Positions 1-26,310 of a stretch of DNA of 64,000 bases are shown piece after piece. A program made the translations under genes and the position numbers. The stretch covers positions 6,733,093 to 6,797,092 of the forward strand of contig CAVNZM010000004.1 in assembly GCA_963693365.1 (NCBI GenBank), read 5' to 3'. How positions within the stretch are numbered: position 1 is the stretch's first letter; every line of letters begins with the position of its first letter. The notes under the pieces are model-generated. The model was not told where the DNA came from. It was given only the letters and a program-made list of their open reading frames with translations, and did no database searches. Source of the DNA: Amoebidium appalachense. Lineage: Eukaryota > Protista > Ichthyosporea.

Positions 1-40
1 CCAATACAGGTGGGGCCAGAACACACAGGCTAGGGATTAC

Positions 41-4374
<4,334 letters not shown>

Positions 4375-5826
4375 GATGTGTCATCTTCCTAGTCGTTTTT
4401 GCTACACCATCAAGGTCCGTTTTGCAAACCTTGGAGGGGAAGAAAAAAAAGCAAAACCCAATGTTTCCTAATGTAGTAGTGCCTAAGAAGCATATACTAT
4501 CCGCACGCCTGCTTGGCTTACCCGGATGGAGGTCTGGAGGGTGTTCATGTTTGACACGAACGAAGGAGGGATGGAAACGACCTTGCGCCCACAACCCTGC
4601 AACCACGCCTTGTGTCGGCGACACGTGATGGTTGGCCCTTTTCTTTCCGAGGCCTGGATTTGGGCGTGACAAAGCAATAGCATGATCTGAAGCAAATAGG
4701 AGTAGCGATACTTTGTTTTAAAAATCAGGTATCTACATAACAGAAGCTAATTGGCCAAATAAAGACGTGTAAAAGCCATTATCACCGGCTCCTATTCGAC
4801 TGACGAAATTTGCCATGTCTCAGATTCATTGTGGAAGAGAACAAAAGGACATGTGGTTACAAAAACAGTAGGTAATTTTTCGAAAAACATAACTTTTTGA
4901 CTAAAAAAACACCCTATTTAAAGAAACATACTCGTGCGGCGTAAAACTCTCATTCTTAGGCGAAAGGGTGTTGCACGCCTCCAAGACCTACTACATTTGG
5001 AATACTAACCTCAGAGTGATTGGTCTATTCGTAGGGTATACTAGAAGCACTGGCTGGCCGCTATCAGGCCGTTCATAACTTTAAACATGGTAACTTTATT
5101 ATTTATATATATAGTTTCTGTTTTATTCTATGTGCATCACTATCGATTCTTCATGCTCGGTTATATCCTCGAATAGCTGTTCTTCTAGGCTTCATATACA
5201 TATTGTAGTTGCATATTGTACTTCAACTTCACTTAAAGTGTGAACGGCGTGGATTTGATTTTGATTGGTTAGCCCAACGACGTGTGCTGGAAATTTTGGG
5301 GCAAATGGCCCATTAGATGCGAGAATACGTAAAGGGTTTACACAAAATTACAATATAAAAAAATCTCCTAAAGTTAAGCATTTATCTTTATACAACTTAA
5401 AGATACTGTAATAACAATATTGGGCATTCCTGATACGCAGCTGCCCCACTATAGGCATATGTAAAAGTTTTAGAGAGTGGCTCAAACTCAAGTAACAGAA
5501 CTTTTACCCCCCCTCTCTTGCTGGTATATAAACTGGCAGTGTGCGAGTGAAACGGATCGATGGACGTGCCGACGACGGCTGACGAACAACGTTGAACAAC
5601 TCGGATACATGATATGATATCATATGCATGTGAATGTACATAAGCTTGTGCGTTGAATGGGACCTCATAAGCTGGCGTCATTGCCAGCTGGCCTTAGCTA
5701 CAGCGAGACTTAGAGAGGAGGGGGGAGGGTACAAACGTTTCCTCAAATTGATAACGTTGCTGTATGACATGTTTGAATTTGACCTTGCAGACCGTGAGAA
5801 AACTGAGCGTATGAAATTGTGACTCT

Positions 5827-5892
<66 letters not shown>

Positions 5893-5915
5893 GGGGATGG
5901 GATGAAAGCGAAGGG

Positions 5916-6024
<109 letters not shown>

Positions 6025-6041
6025 ATCGATCCCTACTTGAC

Positions 6042-6671
6042 TGATAGATCGCAGATCGAAAACGTTGGCAACCAACGTTTTCGCCACGTTTTTCGCCATA
6101 TATGGCTTTAAACGTTGTATAACCATTGGTTTACACCGCACCACCATGAAACTCTCCCAAAACGTAGGGGAGAGCAAGGGCTCAAGCATGTGGGGGTTGA
6201 TGATGGGTGAGCGAGATCATGTGCGGCGATGCACAGCTGAAACACGTGTTTTTTCTTTCCTTTTTTTTTGTTATCTATTTGATATAGAGAGAAATTCTAA
6301 ACGGTTGCTCTCACCACCCCCAAACTTCAGGAGTGTGTGTGGGTACCCAAAGAGGTACCTTGCCCCCAAACATCACCACCAACATGCGAAAACATGCGAA
6401 AGCATCTGATTCTTCCTTATGGGCACCCGAGAGTCCCTTATCGCTATGAAAACAGAGTTTGATGCACATGCTTGCACCATGCTACAAATACAACAATCCA
6501 AACTCTGTTCTTATTGGCCTCCCACATATACAAGTATAGTATACAACAAATACACGTTGCCACAACCACCCGTCGCAACATCAGACTATAGACATGCAGT
6601 CTCACACAACACCAAATGAGTTGGTCAATGACTCTGTGGGTGGGTGTTGTTTGCGTATAGGTACACGTATG

Positions 6672-6740
<69 letters not shown>

Positions 6741-7484
6741 TAGCAGTATAAACGAGTGTATCTGGTGCTTTTTTCATAACGGGAGCACCGGTACCAGAGG
6801 CAGTGCGAGACTTGCTGTCGAGTAATAGGCTAGGCCCCAACGTGAGCTTGGGTATGAGGAACTCCCCTCCCCACGCCCTTATAGCCGGGATTGGACATAA
6901 GAGCCTGCGACAGCTATCTGCAAAACGACCCACTGGCTTCACACCCTTCTGCCCTTGCCCCACCAAAATATTGATAGGCGTAGTGTTGGGTTCACTATGA
7001 CCATATACCAATGAAAGTGGCCCTGCCCTCGAGCTGCTCATCCTGTTACTCAGAACAACTGCCTGCTCTACCACTCATTATTGCGCTCTCGCCGTCAAAC
7101 ACAGACGCCTACGTCCTAGCTAAAAGCTTTACTTCCAAGTGCTTCGCCAAAACTATAGCCGAAAGGCCGGAGCAACAGACACACGGAAAAAATAAAGGAA
7201 AGAAGAACACAAAACGTGAACGCGTCGCCTGATCGATCGATCGATATCCGGCAGTTGAACGGAAAAAAAAACGCGAAAAAAACATCGACCACATGCCTTT
7301 CTGAGCCCAACTTAGTAGAAACCGCAGCTTGCAATTTTTAGCGGTCACCCAAAGACAAAAAAGGCTGTTTATATAGCCCCCTAATTGGGCGTACCAAGAA
7401 ACCCTGGGTTCGACGGCCCAGGAAAAAGTTGGGTTTCGCCAAAGTTTTGGTTGAAAACGTTGGCCAACGATCTGCGATCTATCA
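6042..7484. mobile_element. Non-autonomous TIR-bounded element (putative DNA transposon derivative)
   Basis: Perfect 17-bp inverted repeat TGATAGATCGCAGATCG (6042-6058) / CGATCTGCGATCTATCA (7468-7484). Subterminal GAAAACGTTGG and TTTCGCCA motifs at both ends. No clear TSD or transposase. Confidence 0.55.
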
Positions 7485-7967
7485 CTACCGTATGATACAC
7501 GGCACGTGTACCACGGCCATGCAACCGACGAAAACAAATATGAGCTGTGTGTATGTGTGTGTGTGTGTGTGTGTATCTGCGTGCTCACGTGCCAATGTTT
7601 GTGTGTGTACTTCTGTACGTGTGTGTATGTGTGCGTGTACACGTCTGTCCATGTGTGTGCGTGTGATGTGTGCGCGGATGTACGTGTACATGTACGTGCG
7701 TGTGTGTGTGCACACTTTGTGTGTTATGTTTGTGTGCGCGAGCGTGTGTGGTGGAGATTTTTTTGATGGGAAAGGAGGGCACCTCGAGCAGACCAACGCT
7801 GAGCAGTCTATTAGTATGGTAGAACTTTGCAAATTTAAAGGGCCCCATCTTTACTATTTGGTGTCCGTGCTGAGACCACCCATGACCCTCTCTTCTATGG
7901 CATATCCATCTGATTCATCCATGTCTGATCCAATCTGTATTTATGTGAAACTAAACCGAGCAAGGTG

Positions 7968-8064
<97 letters not shown>

Positions 8065-8451
8065 ACATGTGTTGTGTGTGTTTGTGTGTGTGTTCACGCG
8101 CCACATTCGCGTGTGTGAGTGTTGCTGCGTGTGCGCATTGTGCATGCACATAACAGGCGCATGTGCATGACAGTGTTGTTCTTACTACACGATGACTCTG
8201 ACTTTGTGCCACCAATGTGATATGTAGTAATGGCATGCTATGTAAACTGCATACAAGGTTAAGACTAGCATCACTGCAGTGCGCACAGGCTCTCGGACTG
8301 TGAGAAGTTGGTTACTCGGGTGTATAGCAGATACACATCCCATCTACCAGTTGCCGGAAAAATTATGATTCGAAAAAAAAATAGTAACCCTGGCAATAAA
8401 TGTGTGTGCTTGAAATGTGTGCGCAACAGACCCGTATCCTTTGTTCGTTCC

Positions 8452-18874
<10,423 letters not shown>

Positions 18875-19392
18875 TCTTCCTCGTCCCCACGAACCTTTCG
18901 CGTCTATGCTATGTCGTGAACTCTCACAGTGTATATAACCCCTAAGGAAACGCGAACGAAACAGCCCGTCGTGGAAGACCAATTAGCGAAAGCAGGCCAC
19001 CTTCTACAATGCCCACCGTTCCTATGTCTGTATACTCTAAACCCTTTTTTTGCGCAGACATACACTACAGCCTCTCTCACGGCCTCTTGGGTGTACACAC
19101 ACACCACACACACACACAGGCTCCTGAGCTATATAGCTGAACGAACTTGCGCACGCGCGCGTGTGCGCATGGCAAGTTGATTGCGCAATCACCGGAGAGC
19201 GCTAAAAATAGAAAATGCAAACCTGACCATATATGGTATCTGAAATCACTCGTTCATTGGTGTTTGATCATGGAATTCCCTACTACATCTGTTTAGGAAT
19301 GTGACTCTACTCTTGTATAGCAAGTCTGGCGTCTACGTCATGGTAGACTAGCCGGACATAATTATACATAGGTCAGCCAGAGCAGACTGCCT

Positions 19393-19490
19393 AAAAAAAT
19401 CAAGTCCCCAGCCAGAGGCTCGATTCCGCTCGAACATGGGTGCTATAGGTCCATAACCAAGTGCATACCCAGATCGGCCAAAAGGCATTG
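19393..19490 (-). other. tRNA-like Pol III cassette (possible tRNA-derived SINE head or tRNA pseudogene)
   Basis: Minus strand has A-box-like TGGCCGATCTGG, B-box-like GTTCGAGC and a T7 run; the acceptor stem does not pair well, so it is not an intact tRNA. Confidence 0.3.
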
Positions 19491-19726
19491 CCGGTGGGGG
19501 ACAGCGACTGCTGTTTATATTTTATGACACCTATACCATATCTACCCTTATGTGCGTGCTGGCTGGCGTGCTGACTGGCTAGTAGTGGCTACCCTCTTGT
19601 TCAACGTCTCTTCCCCAGGAGATAAAATCAATAGGTAAAAAAAGTTATAAATAAATGTGTGGTAAAACAAAGAAAGTGTTGGGAGATACAGCCTGCGTCA
19701 CAACGGCCATATCGGTCAAAAGTATG

Positions 19727-19799
19727 ATTGGTCACAAGCCAAGACAAGCCTTGCGCCGTTTGTGATTGGCTCGTTTTAGTCAAAGCCGGGACTATAAAA
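19727..19799 (+). promoter_or_regulatory. Inverted CCAAT boxes plus TATA box upstream of UBL gene 1
   Basis: ATTGG at 19727 and 19765; TATAAAA at 19793-19799. Confidence 0.45.
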
Positions 19800-20102
19800 C
19801 CTATGAGCTCGGTGTCTCCCCACCAGTTTACGATCAGTTTCAAATGATGATCATACACACCCATAGGCAGCTACATAGGCAGGCACTTTACACCCTGTGT
19901 CAGGCTTGCACAGTAGGCCACACATATGTGTAAAAGCTTACGCACAGCCTACCTTGCTTTGCATATAAGTAGACATTATTATACCACCGCACGCGATTCT
20001 GAGTCCCTCGCGAGGCCCGAGTACGGTGCAGGCTCTAGCGAATTTACTACCACTCGTGGTACACCTTTGCACATACATACACATCACATTTGCAAGCACA
20101 CC

Positions 20103-20594
20103 ATGAGGGTTAGGGTAGAACAAGCAGGCGGGCCGACCATGACTGTGGTTGTGGGCGACCACGCCACTGTGGGTGCGCTCAAGGCACGCCTGCACGAGTC
20201 CCACGGCATTCCCGCCAACCTGCAGACCATCATCTACAACAAGCGAAAACTCGCCGATACAGCGTCTCTCAACAAATACAACAACAACTCCGCATGTGCG
20301 AAAAACTGCGACGGCCAGCCTCAAACCGTCCCCGAGAACCTTGTCATATGCACGTCCCCTGCTGTTGTCTCTTACATGGGCATCGACACGCCTATTGTTG
20401 TGGATGCCGACGGTTATATCGTCGACCAACCACCCGTCGTTTCCAGTAGCAGCAGCAAGCTTGAGCTTCACGAGGACTTTGAAGTTGTGCGCCTGCCCGG
20501 ACGGGAGGCGCCTGCGCAAGAGGAGGAGACTTTGGTGGTCCAGATGGAGGTGAACTTGAAAGGGGGATGTTTTCCGAAATTTCTGTGCTTTTAG
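20103..20594 (+). CDS. Ubiquitin-like protein with internal insertion, LKGG motif and short C-terminal tail (CFPKFLCF); intronless, 163 aa
   Basis: MRVRVEQAGGPTMTVVVGDHATVGALKARLHESHGIPANLQTIIYNKRKLADTASLNKY aligns with ubiquitin residues 1-59; TLVVQMEVNLKGG aligns with TLHLVLRLRGG; paralog at 24596. Confidence 0.8.
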   Translation: MRVRVEQAGGPTMTVVVGDHATVGALKARLHESHGIPANLQTIIYNKRKLADTASLNKYNNNSACAKNCDGQPQTVPENLVICTSPAVVSYMGIDTPIVVDADGYIVDQPPVVSSSSSKLELHEDFEVVRLPGREAPAQEEETLVVQMEVNLKGGCFPKFLCF

Positions 20595-21344
20595 ACTTAT
20601 TATCGTGCTGAGATGTAAAAGTTTACGCAGGTGTGTGCGTTGTGTAAATGAGTTTTGTATTTTCCTGCAGCGTTGCCACGCTCCCCAATCTGGTGACTGC
20701 TCACTCAGGTTTACCAGTGGTGGTTGGGATTTGTATCCCCTTTTGGGGCCCTATTTTGTATCGGAGTTGTCTTGTCACCTTTGAGCTTACGTACAGAAAA
20801 AACTTTCTCCTGCCTGGACTCTGACTCGGAGGGGCAGAGACCCATGTAAGATTTGGAACTGTGTTTTTGCATTGAAGTATTACCTTAACACAACACAACG
20901 GCCCGAATTAGGTGATACCACTGGTTTTCCGTCCTTTATGAGATAATCTTTATACCACTAGCCAGGCTATACAAATATAGCTCTTTCGATTTCATACATG
21001 CATTGCATTTAGTGTCAGCCTGGCTGTGGATGGTGGTACTGAAGAGCCTTTAGGTTGGCTTCGAATGGCAATGCAACAAGGCCATACCTTTTTCATCGTA
21101 AAGTCTTCGCCGAAACAAAAGAATTATGTAACTGTACAGCGACCTTGTAAAGGTCTTTTGGAAATATAGTGAAAGAGGCCTTGTTTAGCACGAAAATAAT
21201 ATCGGATTTTTTGCCCCCGTTCCGACCCCTCTTCCCGCCCCCCACAACCCCCCCCCCCCCCCCCCCCCCCCCTCCCCCTTATCCACACACGCACACACGC
21301 ACACACACAAACACACAAACACAAACACAAACATTACACGGGCG

Positions 21345-21397
<53 letters not shown>

Positions 21398-22168
21398 ACA
21401 GAACTAACACAAACCACCACTGCAACAACGGCAGCACCCGAGCCCATTATCACGTAAAAAGACAGTTTTCTATATTTTAATACATTTTACAATTGGACTA
21501 TATATGCATTATTTGAAATTAATCAAAATGGGCACGGAAAAAAAATCCGATGATCTGTGCTGATTTGTTGTTGTCCCCCACCCCCCCTCTTACCACCCTC
21601 CCCCCCTTCCCCCCCCCCCCCCCCTTCCCCCGGGCCCCCCCAACACACACACACACACACGCACAACACGGAAGAACCACCACCACAGCAGCAGCAGCTC
21701 CCCAGCCTATTTCCATGACCATCCTTGCTTTATTCCCCTCCTTCATTCTCCCCCGTCCCCTTCTCTCCCATCTTGCCGCAGCTTCCCATGCAATGAGTAT
21801 ATCCCTGTCCCCTCCCCTGCCCCAATTCATGCGCCCAGAGTCATTTTTATCCTCCCCGCCCCCCATTCCCCCCCCCCCCACCATCCCTCTCCCCCCCCCC
21901 CCCCCCCCCCACTATCCCTTTCAGCCCCCCTCCGCCCCTTCCCACTTGTTCCCGCTCTCCCCTTCATATATATTCTGCACACACACACAGTTAACTCTGG
22001 GTCCTGTTCCTCCACCTCGCGTGTGACACCCCCCCCCCCCCCCCCCCCCCTTCCCCCCGAGGTGGGTCATAGCTGCTATAACATAAGAGAAACAGAGAAG
22101 CCAACAAATTTTGGGAAAGAAGGCGCCCACGCAAATAGTTTTTGCCGCCCACGCAAATAGTTTTTGCC

Positions 22169-23597
22169 AGGCTCCGTGGAGATCTCGTGGGTAAAAGGGC
22201 ACCAGTCCAACCAGAAACGACCGGGGCAGAGGATCAACCAGGCCGACAAGGCTGCCAACACCGGCAGAACCCTCCCCCTCCCCCCACCCCTCTACCCCCA
22301 GCCCCAGGAGGGGGCCGATACACCCTTCGACTACAAGGACACCAAATCCCCGGCAACATTCCCGGCGCCCTAAACCGGCTGACCAGGGATTACCTCAAAG
22401 AAAGGGCCGGCAAGACGGAGGCCATGTCCGTCCTCACCGACCCCCGTCTACTCCCAGCCGAGAGGGACCCCTTGAAACTCAACAAGGGCCCAGCCCAGGC
22501 ATCGATTCGGGCCGTAAAGGGCAACACTCGGAGCCTATCACTGGCTATAGGCACCCTACCGACCCTGGCCAGGCTACACCGAGACCACCCGACCATCGTC
22601 ACGGAACTCCAGGTGCCCCAGGTGCAAACAGCACCCGGAGACGACGGCCCACCTCTGGTCCTGCTCGGCACATGCCGAGGAAGCCCCCTCTCTGGCCACG
22701 GCCATCACGGCATGCATCCACAATGTGTTGTACTCCCGTCACCCCAAGACCCCCACGGCCCAACACCGGCAGATAGCCAACACGGCCACCTCCCAGTGTG
22801 AGTGGCTCAAGTGGATCGGAGGGCAGCCCGACCCACAAGACTCTGAGGACATCAAGTGGGTCACACGGGGTTTTTGCCCACGATCCGTGGCGGCCCCTAC
22901 TAACAGACCTCGGCACCACCGAGCCCACGGTACGGGCCATTTTAGCTAAAATAACCGTAGAGATGCAAACTTTTTTCTACACTAAGATATGGACACCACG
23001 AAACACGACCCTCCCACCCACACACCCTAAAATGCACAAACACAAACACTCAAACACCACACGTAAACAGAGACGTAGAGCCCCATCGAAACCCAAACCA
23101 CACACACCCACACAACCCACACACACACAGGCAGCATGCCCAACCTGCAGACACACACATAGAACAACCCAACCATGCAACCCTAGGCTCTTAGACCATT
23201 ACACCGTAGCCACCCAATACGTACAACACCACATACTATTAGGCAGCCACTCACCACCACAAGACCCCAACATACACTTTTCCCCCCCTTTTAAACCCAC
23301 CCACCCCACACCACACACTCCACCACTTTAGATGAACCAATGAGAGCCCAATATTCAAGTTTATTCGCCTGTTCTGAGTGGAGGGGAAGCCTGGTGCTAC
23401 CCACCGGCGTTGGCTGGGGTTAATACCCTGGGCAAAGTGTGTACATATAGTTAGGATTGTTATAGGTGTGTTAGTTTAGCTAATAGCATCGTAGCACCCT
23501 AGCTAGAGTACTGTCGGTGCTGGGTGGAAGACAGTAGTTCCCCAGGGGGGCCCCCAGGGGTACCTCCGGGAACAAAACGGGATAAAATAAACAATAA
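22169..23597 (+). mobile_element. 5'-truncated, frameshifted non-LTR retrotransposon (LINE): RNase H remnant, Cys/His knuckle, structured 3' UTR, A-rich tail
   Basis: ISWVKGHQ...INQADKAA (RNase H C-terminal motif, ~22180-22260); CPRCKQHPETTAHLWSC in a shifted frame (~22614-22665); tail GATAAAATAAACAATAAAAA; TSD AAATAG(T/C)TTTTGCC at 22155-22168 and 23598-23611; homologous 3' end at 61207-61595. Confidence 0.85.
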
Positions 23598-24279
23598 AAA
23601 TAGCTTTTGCCATCAAGCCTGCGTGCGCCCCATTCTTGATGGGCTAACGGCATTCACTGTCAGTAAGCAACAGTATTCATAATGTATTATTATATGCAAA
23701 CTTGGAAGCAGGCAAATGAATACACCAAGAGCACCCATCCATAGGTGGGCTCTGTTTGCGATAAATGATGGGATGGCTGCACATCAGGTCTTAGAAATGA
23801 ATTCGAATACCAAAATTGAACACGGTGATTTCCAGGGCAAGTCTGGAAAATCAATTGTGACACTGCCATCGGCACATCTGGATACTCAACCAAAAGCGGC
23901 GGTGCTGAATAATACTCTCAAAGAAAAAGCTTCATGAACTGTGGCACAGCCGGTCCATGGATGATGCAAAAGACCATCACACATGCCGGACCTACGTATA
24001 CTGTAGGTCATGCATGCGTGTCAAGATCATGAGATGGAGAGGATCCTTTTTTTAGTAGCATCACTGTTTTGGGGGGGCATGGCATTGACCGCATGGGTGT
24101 GAGCAAATTATTTGAAAGCGTGCGTCCCCGTGTCAACCGGTACCGCGGCACACAAAGGCGCATGCACAGACACACACATGCTTTCTGAGGCTCAGCTTGT
24201 CTGGACATGGGCGTGGGCATCACCCGTGTGACGTCACAGCATGACCTCATCTCTGTGTAATCTGTGCAGCCGCACGATG

Positions 24280-24374
24280 ATTGGCTGCTAACAATAGCAC
24301 CAATCAAAACACTTCCGCAAAAACTGCATGCAACTTCTGATTGGTTATTCATTTGGGATGCGCGCGTATATAAA
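24280..24374 (+). promoter_or_regulatory. CCAAT boxes plus TATA box upstream of UBL gene 2
   Basis: ATTGG at 24280 and 24340, CCAAT at 24300, TATATAAA at 24367-24374. Confidence 0.5.
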
Positions 24375-24595
24375 CGAGTGGTTCTAGCAGATGCACTCAT
24401 CAGATCAGTAACAACTCTTCGCAGCACACAAGCACAGAGAACAACTTCAGTATCAGCTTGCACAAAAAGTACCGCGTGTCAAATATCCAGCCGTCTCTTT
24501 TCACCCGAATCTTTTGGTCTTACATCTCAGTAACAACTTTATTCCTCAATAATCTAACTTGCCGTGTCTATTTATTCCCACATCCATCCGCAAAC

Positions 24596-25120
24596 ATGAG
24601 GGTCCGCGTTCAGCAGCATAACCTCGAGGCCATGACCGTTGTCATGGGCGAGAATGCCACCGTCGGCGACCTCAAAGCGCGCATACACGACTGCTACGGC
24701 ATCCCCGCAAACCTCCAGACCCTCTACAAAGGCACAAAAAGACTCTCAGACAGCACTCAGTTGGAAAAATGCAAGGGCAAAGATAGCGAGCAAACAGCAG
24801 TTTATGCACAACCAGACGGGGTTGTGTGTGCGGTACCGACAGCAACAGTGCGCATGGGGAGTGACAGCGCTTCAGCTACCACACGACCAGAGCAGCGAGG
24901 AGACACAAGAGATGAAGGGGTGGAGTTTGAGGTGGTGGAGCTTCCCAAAGTGGGAGGTGAGGAGGTTGGGGAGCAGGATGTTGTTTTGAACCTGCAGGTG
25001 GAGTTGAGGGGTGGGTGCTGTGGGGCATGTGTGGACTGTGTGTGCTGCCCGTGTGAGTGCCTGTGGGATATCATCACCTGTCCGTTTAGGTGCATTGCGG
25101 ACTGCTGCGGGTGCGACTGA
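24596..25120 (+). CDS. Ubiquitin-like protein with internal insertion, LRGG motif and 34-aa Cys-rich tail; intronless, 174 aa
   Basis: MRVRVQQHNLEAMTVVMGENATVGDLKARIHDCYGIPANLQTLYKGTKRLSDSTQLEK fits the ubiquitin fold; ends VLNLQVELRGG-CCGACVDCVCCPCECLWDIITCPFRCIADCCGCD*; paralog of 20103-20594. Confidence 0.82.
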   Translation: MRVRVQQHNLEAMTVVMGENATVGDLKARIHDCYGIPANLQTLYKGTKRLSDSTQLEKCKGKDSEQTAVYAQPDGVVCAVPTATVRMGSDSASATTRPEQRGDTRDEGVEFEVVELPKVGGEEVGEQDVVLNLQVELRGGCCGACVDCVCCPCECLWDIITCPFRCIADCCGCD

Positions 25121-25644
25121 GAGTACGGTTGTATATAGATAGATTCTTTTTTGCTCCGAGACTTTTGTGGTTTAACCACTGTATACCGTCATGTAGATAG
25201 ATATGCCGCCTAATATTAGTATTCAAGAAAAGACTTGGGCTTAATTTTGTAGATATTTTAACCACTGTACCGTGATAGACATGCAAGAAAAAGTACGGTT
25301 TGGAATTGAGCTCCAGGCTCGTCCGTTGATGTTATGATAGCCATACATGCCAAAGAGAAGTGTACCTGGTTCATAGGGCTTTTTTCCCCTATATTTGAAG
25401 AAACGGTGCCCGCTGGTCGGCAAGCTTTTGTAGAATAAATTGCGAATCTGAAGAATTTATTCGTGGCCAAATATTATTATCCGTACTATATCTCATTCCA
25501 CACAAAAGTACACGCACACACGCACGTGCACACGCACACGCACACGCACACACACACGCACACACACCCACACACACGCACACGCACACGCACACACACA
25601 CTCACACACACGTGCACCCACACACGCAGGGGCGCGCGCACACG

Positions 25645-25679
<35 letters not shown>

Positions 25680-25689
25680 ACGCACACGC

Positions 25690-25735
<46 letters not shown>

Positions 25736-25824
25736 GTGCATGCACACGCACGCAACGCGTGTACATGTACACGTACACACACGCATGCACGCATGCACGC
25801 ACACACATCACACATTGTGTGCAA

Positions 25825-25855
<31 letters not shown>

Positions 25856-26279
25856 AGACGAAGAAGAAGAAGAAGAAGAAGAAGAAGAAGAAAGGTAAGA
25901 TACTTCACAAATGATTTTTTGCTTGTTGTCATTCACTTAGCTCATTTTTTATTTTATTGTTATCATATGATTTTTGCATTATCGTAAAAAGTTTGGATCC
26001 GTTTTTTTATTGTTTTCAAGTTTACCAAGCCAATGCTGCACTGCAATAGTATTTGCTTTTTGCTTCTTGTAGACATTGTGTTTGTGAGCGTGTGTGTGTC
26101 GACAGAGAGGGAGGGGCGGGGAGACCCTGAGGGGGGTGGGAGGTGGTGGGGGGGGGGGGGGGGGGGGGGGAGAGAGGGGGGGAGGAGGGGGTTACTGAAT
26201 GGGGCCTCTCTCCAGCTCTGAAGCAGATTGGATTGTACAAATCTATTACTACGGTATGCCAAACAGATCATCAGTGTGT

Positions 26280-26310
<31 letters not shown>

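Noticed and set aside
5828-5889. Very long poly(G) runs as specific G-quadruplex elements
   Set aside because: They are ubiquitous here and homopolymer lengths are unreliable in assemblies; only their strand bias is reported.
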